Sequence record: DRR378314_2032
Length of the DNA stretch: 64,000 nt
Reading direction: 5' to 3' (one strand)
In this document: piece by piece, positions 9,212 to 16,553 of the stretch
Position numbering within the stretch: position 1 is the stretch's first letter
Layout: each line of letters begins with the position of its first letter
The notes under the pieces: model-generated
Told to the model about the DNA's origin: nothing
Database searches by the model: none
Seen by the model: the letters and a program-made list of their open reading frames with translations, nothing else
Translations under genes and position numbers: made by a program

Positions 9212-10718
9212 TTTCCTTGTTATTTAATGGTATGTACAAAGTGAATGTTGAGCCACTGCCCAATTCACTTTTAAAGGTTACATTGGCATTGAGGTTGTGC
9301 ATATGTTGCCGTACAGTATTAAGGCCAATTCCCGTTCCCTGTACGGTAAGTACATTGGTCGCCCTAAAATATCTATCAAAGATAAAGGGCCTGTCCTCTG
9401 GAGGTATTCCACAACCATGGTCGATCACATTGATTTTAAGTTGTTCGCTTTCTTGTTCAACCTTGAGATCTATATCCGTATGCTCGGGGGAGTATTTTAT
9501 GGCATTGTGCACAAGGTTAGAAAGTGCCAATCCCAATATTTTTTCATCGAATTCAACTACTAGCCCATCAATGTTTTCTGGGTATTGGATATGCTGGCCT
9601 TCTTTTAAGAGCGTGTTGGAATCATAGACCACCTCGTTGATCAACTTACTCAGTGGAAACGGTGTCACCTTATAGTTGACCTTGCCCAGGTCCAAACGTT
9701 CTATGGACAAAAAGTCGGTTAGAATATTGTCCAGATATTTCACCTTGGATTTGATAGTGGAAATATGCTTGTCCCTCTTCTCTTGCTGTTCGGCCTCCCT
9801 ATACTTGGACAACAGGGATGTAGAGGTAAGAATACTGGTAAGGGGGGTCTTAAATTCGTGGGATACCAAGGAAAGGAATTTGGTCTTTAGTTCGTTGAGC
9901 TTTTTCTCTGCCTGTAGTGCCTCGCGCAATTGCTGGGTTCGTTCCTCTACCGTATTCTCCAGTTGCTCGGTATAGTTTTTTCGTTCGGTAATGTCCAGAA
10001 CAATGGCAACGCATACCTGCCTTTTCCCCATAAAAGATGTTTGCAGGTGCACCTCCACCGGATAATCTGTACCATCCTTTCTCTTGTGGACAGTTTCAAA
10101 AATAACCTTTTCCTTTCGACCGGACACCAAGGGGGAAACCAGGCGTTTCATAACTTCCATGGTAACCTCGGGTTTTATATCTATCACCGACATTTTGCCC
10201 AACTCTTGCATGTTATATCCCAAATTCAGTTGGGCACCACGGTTTACATTTATAAAAATGAACGATTCCGCATCGAAAACAAAAATTTCATTTAGGGATT
10301 CGTCAAAAATTTGAAACCAATAATCTATGGTTTGCTCGGCCTTCTTTTTTTCGGAGATATCCATGATCAGGGCCAACACATACCTTTTCGCTTTCAACTT
10401 AAAAGGGTTCAAGCTTATTTCCAAGGGAAACTCTTCACCATCCTTGCGGACACCTACTAAATCAAGTCCCTTTCCCATCTGCCTTGCCTTGCCCTCGCCC
10501 ATAAATCTATCGGCCAGTTTACTGTGCTTGTCCTTAATGCGTTCGGGGATCAAAATGTCCAAAGACTCGCCCAAAAGTTCCCCTTCCCTGTAGTCGAACA
10601 TTTTATTGGCCGCATTATTACTGGCGGTAATTTGCCTTTGGTCATTGACAATAATGATTCCTTCGGAGATTACCTCCGAAAACATGCCTAATATGTTGTT
10701 TTCTTCAAAATTTTCCAA
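9189..10718 (-). CDS. Cytoplasmic PAS-PAS sensor histidine kinase (FixL-like first PAS)
   Basis: Two PAS/PAC units (RKDGEEFPLEISL, RKDGTDYPVEVHL), H-box SHEFKTPL, N-box NAIKYS, G2 GTGIGL; no TM segment; overlaps the regulator start. Confidence 0.9.
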   Translation of the reverse strand: MENFEENNILGMFSEVISEGIIIVNDQRQITASNNAANKMFDYREGELLGESLDILIPERIKDKHSKLADRFMGEGKARQMGKGLDLVGVRKDGEEFPLEISLNPFKLKAKRYVLALIMDISEKKKAEQTIDYWFQIFDESLNEIFVFDAESFIFINVNRGAQLNLGYNMQELGKMSVIDIKPEVTMEVMKRLVSPLVSGRKEKVIFETVHKRKDGTDYPVEVHLQTSFMGKRQVCVAIVLDITERKNYTEQLENTVEERTQQLREALQAEKKLNELKTKFLSLVSHEFKTPLTSILTSTSLLSKYREAEQQEKRDKHISTIKSKVKYLDNILTDFLSIERLDLGKVNYKVTPFPLSKLINEVVYDSNTLLKEGQHIQYPENIDGLVVEFDEKILGLALSNLVHNAIKYSPEHTDIDLKVEQESEQLKINVIDHGCGIPPEDRPFIFDRYFRATNVLTVQGTGIGLNTVRQHMHNLNANVTFKSELGSGSTFTLYIPLNNKENEENLTG

Positions 10719-10735
10719 AACAGTATCTAAATTTA

Positions 10736-10779
10736 CTGATTTTGATCATTTCCCAATGTAAATTTGGTCGGTATCTTTA
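10736..10779 (+). promoter_or_regulatory. Crp/Fnr-type box plus -7 element for the TerB-like gene (divergent from the kinase)
   Basis: CTGATTTTGATCAT at 10736-10749; TATCTTTA at 10772-10779, 23 nt from the core. Confidence 0.65.
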
Positions 10780-10798
10780 AAACCTTGCATTAAAATTT

Positions 10799-11212
10799 AT
10801 GAAAATGTTGGAATCTAAAAAAAAGCTCGGAAACGAATTATACCAAAGTTTAGGAAAACTGTTCTACGCCATGGCTATGGCAGACCATAGTATCCATATG
10901 AAAGAAGTGGAAAAACTCAACGAAACGGTTCGCGACCATTGGTTGGAGGTGGACGATATTGAAGATGAGTACGGCACCGATTCCGCTTTTCAAATTATCT
11001 CTGTATTTGATTGGTTATTGGAATACGGTAAGGACAGTGACCAAATTTATGAGGAGTTTGAAGCCTTTTACACCGATTACAAAATTCTGTTCACCCCACA
11101 AATCAAGGATTTGGCCATGTCTACTTCTCGAGCCATTGCCACTGCCTTTGCGGGCAGCAACAAATCTGAGTTGATTTTGTTGGGGCGCTTGCAATTGCTC
11201 TTTAATACATAA
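10799..11212 (+). CDS. TerB-like (tellurite-resistance fold) protein
   Basis: LFYAMAMADHSIHMKEVEKL matches the TerB AxADGxxxxxE pattern; second pseudo-repeat AFAGSNKSE. Confidence 0.6.
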   Translation: MKMLESKKKLGNELYQSLGKLFYAMAMADHSIHMKEVEKLNETVRDHWLEVDDIEDEYGTDSAFQIISVFDWLLEYGKDSDQIYEEFEAFYTDYKILFTPQIKDLAMSTSRAIATAFAGSNKSELILLGRLQLLFNT

Positions 11213-12034
11213 TCAGAGTTTGATGGTCATCACGGGCATTTTTGCGTGGTTGGAGATATTTTCCGCCAAACTTCCCACCACAAAATGGGCCAAACCTTTT
11301 CTTCCATGGGTTGGAACGACCAACAGATCGGCATCCTTCTCGTGGCAATATTTAAAGATTCCCCGTTCTAAACTTGGGTGGCTGTAAAAGTTGATCTGAA
11401 CATCATTGCCCAATTCTTTTTTGAAGGCTTCCATTCTTTTCTCAACAATATCATACCCTATAAAGTTTGCCCCGGTGGTATTGATATATACGACTTCCAA
11501 ACTGGCCTTGTATAATTTGGCAAATGCATCTGCTTTCTTGTAAACGGAAATACTTTCCTTAGCAAAATCACTGGCCATTACTATTTTTTTGATCGTAAAA
11601 TCTTCATGAGGTTTTTTGATCACGATTACGGGAACATCTGAGGTGCGAACCACCTTTTCTGTATTGGACCCCACAAACAGTTCACTTAAACCACTGGTCC
11701 CATGCGATCCCATTACGACCAAATCGCAATTTTTCTCCCTTGCTACATTATTGACCTCCTCAAAGTCTTTATAATTCTGGATAATTGCTTCTAAAGGAAT
11801 CTTTTTCAGATACTCTTTTTCCGTATACTGTTTGATTTTTTCTTTGGCCAGGTTTAGATAATATTTGGCCTCGGCTTCCTCTGCGATCTCCGAATTGGCC
11901 AAAACAGAGTCCGATATACCGATCATATGGAGCAATACAATTCCAGCTCCATGTTGCTTTGCAATTTTTGAAGCCACCTCTAGGGCATATTCCGAATATT
12001 TCGAAAAATCGACGGGTACCAATATTTTTTTCAT
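11213..12034 (-). CDS. Universal stress protein
   Basis: ILVPVDFS, DLVVMGSHGTSG, VGSNTEKVVR, DLLVVPTHGRKG. Confidence 0.93.
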   Translation of the reverse strand: MKKILVPVDFSKYSEYALEVASKIAKQHGAGIVLLHMIGISDSVLANSEIAEEAEAKYYLNLAKEKIKQYTEKEYLKKIPLEAIIQNYKDFEEVNNVAREKNCDLVVMGSHGTSGLSELFVGSNTEKVVRTSDVPVIVIKKPHEDFTIKKIVMASDFAKESISVYKKADAFAKLYKASLEVVYINTTGANFIGYDIVEKRMEAFKKELGNDVQINFYSHPSLERGIFKYCHEKDADLLVVPTHGRKGLAHFVVGSLAENISNHAKMPVMTIKL

Positions 12035-12135
12035 GTCATCCAAAGTTTAAATAAAAATAGCCTGCTACATAAAGTCGAAAAGATGGTTCCATAGTTCCTG
12101 TTCCATGGATCATTGCCATTTCTATTATTTTAGGT

Positions 12136-12179
12136 TAAAAATAAAATAGGCGTGCTGGTATTCCTATGACCTCGGTCAT
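12136..12179 (-). promoter_or_regulatory. Crp/Fnr-type box plus -7 element for USP 11213..12034
   Basis: ATGACCTCGGTCAT at 12166-12179; minus-strand TATTTTTA at 12136-12143, 23 nt from the core. Confidence 0.65.
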
Positions 12180-12199
12180 ATCTAGAACTGTTGATGGAG

Positions 12200-12490
12200 C
12201 TATTCCAAGGTGTCCAGCTTCTTTTTTAATGATGTCACTTCTTGTTGCAGGCTCTCCACCTGGCTTAACAAATGATGAACGGCCTGGATACCTTCAGGGT
12301 TTATATTGAGCTCGTTGTGCAGGCGCACCATTTTTTCCAAAAGCGGCAAATCTTCTACATGTAGTTTGCCATCGTCCTCATCGTATTCTACCTGTAAAAT
12401 TTCGTACTCGTACATGGAGTAAACAAAAGATTCCCTGACGCCATGTCGCTCACAAAATGTTTTTATCGATATGTAATGTTCCTCTTTCAT
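12200..12490 (-). CDS. cbpM: Chaperone modulator CbpM (MerR-like)
   Basis: 96 aa, RLHNELNINPEGI motif, directly downstream of the cbpA-like gene. Confidence 0.85.
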   Translation of the reverse strand: MKEEHYISIKTFCERHGVRESFVYSMYEYEILQVEYDEDDGKLHVEDLPLLEKMVRLHNELNINPEGIQAVHHLLSQVESLQQEVTSLKKKLDTLE

Positions 12491-12494
12491 GTCA

Positions 12495-13409
12495 CTATGT
12501 TAAGTTGGTTTTCTCCAAGGATTCAAACAGCGATTTTTGCTCGGGGGTCAAGTTCTTTGGCATTTTAACGGTATAGGTAAGGTACAAATCTCCAAACTGA
12601 CCTTCCTTCTTGTATTTCGGAAACCCTTTTCCTTTTAGTTTTACCTTGGTTCCATTCTCCGTTCCAGGGGCTACTTTCAATTTTACTTTTCCCGTTAGCG
12701 TATCCACTTGGATTTCTCCTCCAAGCACTGCCTTTACCAATGGGATTTCAACAGTTTTGTATAGGTTGGCCCCATCGCGTTTAAAAGCCGTATTGTTGAC
12801 AATGGAAAAAGTGATGTACAGGTCACCTGACGGACCACCCTCTACACCTGGGCCTCCGTGCCCTTTAATTTTGATGGTCTGCCCATCTTCGATACCGGCA
12901 GGAATGGTCAAGCGAATATTTTTACCATTAACGGTAAGTGTTTGCTTTTGGGTCGAGTAGACATCCATAAGCGACAGCTGTAGTTCCGCATTGTAGTCCT
13001 GACCCCTAAAACGAACCCGTTGTCCTCTGGAACCAAATCCAGCCCCACCACCTCCGAACATCGATTCAAAAAAATCTGAAAAATCTTGGGCAGAACCGCC
13101 AGAACGACTATAGGTGTAGCCAGAATAATCTCCTTGTCGTCCTTGTTGTGACCTAGAACGTTTTGCTTTCTCGAACTCCTCCGCATGTTGCCAATCCTTG
13201 CCGTACTCATCATATTTTTTCCTTTTCTCTGGGTCGGAGAGTACTTCGTTCGCCTCATTGACACGCTTGAAGCGCTTTTCCGCTTCCTCATCGTTGGGAT
13301 TTAGATCGGGATGATGCTTTCTGGCCAACTTGCGATAGGCTTTTTTTATTTCGTCGATGGATGCTTTTTTGTCCACCCCCAACACTTTGTAATAATCTAT
13401 AAAATCCAT
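12495..13409 (-). CDS. cbpA: DnaJ-class co-chaperone CbpA (J domain + DnaJ_C, no zinc finger)
   Basis: [11 protein letters not shown] motif, G/F-rich linker, C-terminal GDLY repeats, no CxxCxGxG. Confidence 0.85.
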   Translation of the reverse strand: MDFIDYYKVLGVDKKASIDEIKKAYRKLARKHHPDLNPNDEEAEKRFKRVNEANEVLSDPEKRKKYDEYGKDWQHAEEFEKAKRSRSQQGRQGDYSGYTYSRSGGSAQDFSDFFESMFGGGGAGFGSRGQRVRFRGQDYNAELQLSLMDVYSTQKQTLTVNGKNIRLTIPAGIEDGQTIKIKGHGGPGVEGGPSGDLYITFSIVNNTAFKRDGANLYKTVEIPLVKAVLGGEIQVDTLTGKVKLKVAPGTENGTKVKLKGKGFPKYKKEGQFGDLYLTYTVKMPKNLTPEQKSLFESLEKTNLT

Positions 13410-13486
13410 AAGACGATACCGTGGTCTGAATTCGTTTAACCTTGAACTATACCCTCAAATTTCGCTAAAAATCTTCTTTTTTTCCA

Positions 13487-13500
13487 ATGACCTTTATCAG
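13487..13500. promoter_or_regulatory. Crp/Fnr-type box between divergent cbpA and upp
   Basis: ATGACCTTTATCAG; minus-strand GAAATTTG 24 nt away toward cbpA. Confidence 0.55.
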
Positions 13501-13587
13501 TGTACAGCCCCATATTAAAAGCTAAGGGTTTTCATTTTTATATCTTCCCAACAAGAATTACCTTTAATCCGGACCAATTCACAGCAT

Positions 13588-14241
13588 ATGATCATCCATC
13601 AATTTGACCACGCCAATTCCATCCTCAACACTTTTATTTCAGAAATCAGGGATGTGGAAATACAAAAGGATGCCATGCGGTTTCGACGTAATATTGAGCG
13701 TATTGGGGAAGTGCTTGCCTACGAATTGAGCAAATCCCTCGATTATGAGGAAACAGCGGTCAAAACTCCACTTGGAACAAAAAAATCATTTCTGTGCGCG
13801 GACAAATTGGTACTCTGCTCCGTTTTACGGGCAGGGCTCCCGCTCCACCATGGTATTTTAAGTTATTTTGATGGTGCAGAAAATGCATTTATTTCGGCAT
13901 ACCGTCATCATCCCAACAATGATGATGATTTTGAGGTAATCGTGAAATATTTTGCGGCACCCTCTCTTGATGATAAGGTGTTAGTATTGACAGACCCGAT
14001 GTTGGCCACGGGAAAAACATTGGAAAATGTACTCGATGCGCTTAAAAGTCATGGAACCCCAAAACAAATCCACATTATTTCTGTTATCGGTTCCAAGCCC
14101 GGAGTTGCAAAAGTTAAACAGGATTTTCCAGAAGATGCCCATTTGTGGATTGCCGCTGTTGATGAAGAACTTACGAGTAAGGGATACATTGTTCCTGGTC
14201 TTGGCGATGCCGGGGACCTAAGCTATGGTGTAAAATTATGA
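13588..14241 (+). CDS. upp: Uracil phosphoribosyltransferase
   Basis: SVLRAG, PRPP motif LTDPMLATG, GYIVPGLGDAGD. Confidence 0.95.
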   Translation: MIIHQFDHANSILNTFISEIRDVEIQKDAMRFRRNIERIGEVLAYELSKSLDYEETAVKTPLGTKKSFLCADKLVLCSVLRAGLPLHHGILSYFDGAENAFISAYRHHPNNDDDFEVIVKYFAAPSLDDKVLVLTDPMLATGKTLENVLDALKSHGTPKQIHIISVIGSKPGVAKVKQDFPEDAHLWIAAVDEELTSKGYIVPGLGDAGDLSYGVKL

Positions 14242-14248
14242 TATAATT

Positions 14249-15625
14249 TCAGAGGAGAACCTCAACCACTTCGTGCATCGCGGGAACATGACAGTTCCAA
14301 CCATATTTTTCATGGATTTTATCTTTAAAAACTTCCATAGCCGCCTTTTCGCCATGAACCAAAAACACTTTTTCGGGAATGTTTTTTATGGAATCCATCC
14401 ATGTCAATAGTTCCGGTTGGTCAGCATGGGCCGATAGGCTTTCCAAATGGTTGACCTTGGCCTTAATGGGAACATTTTTCCCGTAAATCTTGAGCTCGGT
14501 TGTACCTTCCAACAATTTTCTGCCACGGGTCTCCTCTGCCTGGAACCCCACCAGTAGAATAGTGGTTGACGCCATATCTCCCAATTGCTTTATGTAAGTA
14601 AGGACACGGCCGCCAGTAACCATACCGCTGCCCGCAATAACAATTTTTGGTCTTGGGTCATCAATGGTTTCCCATGTTTCGGCATACGAGCTCACTATCG
14701 AAATATGGTTGCACATATTGTGATATTCCTCCAAAGTAAGTTTGTGCCAACTTGGAAATTGCTCAAATACCTCCAATACATTGTTCCCCATGGGACTATC
14801 CACAAAAATGGGAATATTCGGGATCCTGTTCTTTTTATAAAGCTTCCAGAGTTGGTACATAAGGGATTGTAAACGTTCCACGGCAAAAGAAGGGATAATC
14901 AAGGTTCCTTTATTGTGCAAGCTTTCCTTCACGAGTCCGGTTAAAATATGTCCTACGTCCTCATCTGGGTGCTGCCTGTCCCCATAGGTACTCTCAACAA
15001 ATAAATAATCGGCCCACTCGGGTTGTTTCGGAGCGTTGAGCAATTCGTCCTTTTGTCGACCAACATCTCCCGAAAACACAAACCGTTTTCCATGAAGGTC
15101 GATTTCGATATAGGTGGAACCGATAATATGGCCGTTGTATAAAAATGTTGCTGAACAGTTATCCGAAAGTATAAGGTTATCCCCTTCTTCTACCCTTTCA
15201 AAAAACTTCAGAGCAAAGGCAGCCTCTTCTTTGGTGTATAAAGGCAAAGCAGGATTATGTTTACTATAGTGTTCCTCATTGGCCCTCTCCGCTTCTTCCT
15301 CTTGTATTTTGGCGCTATCTTCAAGGATAATTCTTGCAATTTCCAAGGTTGGTCCCGTTCCCAGAATCTTCCCCCTGAATCCTTGACGAACCAAAAGGGG
15401 CAGGTATCCGCAATGGTCTAAATGTCCATGGGTAAGCAGTACATAATCTATTTCTGAAACATTTATGGGAAGACTTTTCCAATTTTGTTGGCGCAATTCC
15501 TTTACGCCCTGAAACAAACCACAGTCAACCAAAATTTTGACTTCCTCGGTCTCCATGTAAAATTTTGACCCGGTCACAGTTCCTGAGGCACCCAAAAAAT
15601 GAATTTTCAGTTTTTTCATATTCAT
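14249..15625 (-). CDS. Metallo-beta-lactamase / beta-CASP ribonuclease (YSH1-like)
   Basis: LTHGHLDHCG, GHIIGS, SGDVG, VESTYG, AGSGMVTGGR, LSAHAD, LVHGE. Confidence 0.9.
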   Translation of the reverse strand: MNMKKLKIHFLGASGTVTGSKFYMETEEVKILVDCGLFQGVKELRQQNWKSLPINVSEIDYVLLTHGHLDHCGYLPLLVRQGFRGKILGTGPTLEIARIILEDSAKIQEEEAERANEEHYSKHNPALPLYTKEEAAFALKFFERVEEGDNLILSDNCSATFLYNGHIIGSTYIEIDLHGKRFVFSGDVGRQKDELLNAPKQPEWADYLFVESTYGDRQHPDEDVGHILTGLVKESLHNKGTLIIPSFAVERLQSLMYQLWKLYKKNRIPNIPIFVDSPMGNNVLEVFEQFPSWHKLTLEEYHNMCNHISIVSSYAETWETIDDPRPKIVIAGSGMVTGGRVLTYIKQLGDMASTTILLVGFQAEETRGRKLLEGTTELKIYGKNVPIKAKVNHLESLSAHADQPELLTWMDSIKNIPEKVFLVHGEKAAMEVFKDKIHEKYGWNCHVPAMHEVVEVLL

Positions 15626-16468
15626 TTACAAATTGCAAAGTGATTTCATTTCCTTTAGAATTCTTTGTTTTCGGCCATTGGAAACCCCCAAATGGTCCAG
15701 CAAGAAACTATTTTTTATCAATTGCCTACACAGTACAATATCCCGTTCCAATAAGAAATCCTTTTCCCTGCTCGACAATAGTGTGGATACCGTGATAGGA
15801 TACAGGCGTAATCTATCTATCCGTTCCTTAAGCCCATCGCCATTTGGATAATCCCAGCTCAAAAGATATAGCCCTACACATGTTCCATATTCGAGGGCAT
15901 CTTGGGTAAATCGCGTGTTGGTCACTACCCAACCCTCAGTAGTTTTAAATGTCTTTTCTTTTTGTGAATTCAATGGAGCCTTAACATCCTTATACCTTGA
16001 GTTGATGTAGAGGGGAACTTTTACACTACATTTAATCCCATCATCTCCGTGGAATTTACATTCAATCACATTCAAGGTGCTGTTTTTGGTGGCAAGTACA
16101 TCAATTTCATGTGAAACGCAGGTGCCCTGAAGCATCTCGCCCACTTTAGTTTCGTAACCAGAGTAATACAAAATACCGCTGATAAATTTTTCAAAAGGAA
16201 AACCCGTAGGCCCTAGTTCGTAAATTGCTTTTTTTAGTTTGTATTTTGATGCGTAGACCGATTCCTTCTTTTTTAAAAGGGCAAAGGCCCGATTGTAAAT
16301 TTCCCGAGTGGAAATACCGGGATAGAGTTCGTCTTGGACACGTTGCACAATCTCTTGAACCATATCATCACTGGCTCCACTATGTAGAAGCGATTTCTTT
16401 AGCTTTTCAACAGAAAACCTAACCTGATCACCAGTTGATTTGGTAATATGAAATTCCCTAATTGCCAT
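15626..16468 (-). CDS. ATP-cone domain fused to Mrr-like PD-(D/E)XK endonuclease
   Basis: N-terminal ITKSTGDQVRFSVEKL...ISTREI ATP-cone pattern; FEKFI, HEIDV, IECK, VVTNTRFTQDA Mrr_cat pattern. Confidence 0.78.
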   Translation of the reverse strand: MAIREFHITKSTGDQVRFSVEKLKKSLLHSGASDDMVQEIVQRVQDELYPGISTREIYNRAFALLKKKESVYASKYKLKKAIYELGPTGFPFEKFISGILYYSGYETKVGEMLQGTCVSHEIDVLATKNSTLNVIECKFHGDDGIKCSVKVPLYINSRYKDVKAPLNSQKEKTFKTTEGWVVTNTRFTQDALEYGTCVGLYLLSWDYPNGDGLKERIDRLRLYPITVSTLLSSREKDFLLERDIVLCRQLIKNSFLLDHLGVSNGRKQRILKEMKSLCNL

Positions 16469-16553
16469 ACTACTAAAATAAGCAACCTTTTAGTTCTCAC
16501 CCTGGATTTTGATTAAAATCGGATATCAAAGAAACACTTTGTAAAGATAGCGG

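Noticed and set aside
15626-16468. Classical restriction-modification system
   Set aside because: No methyltransferase or specificity subunit in the window; reported instead as an ATP-cone nuclease of unknown role
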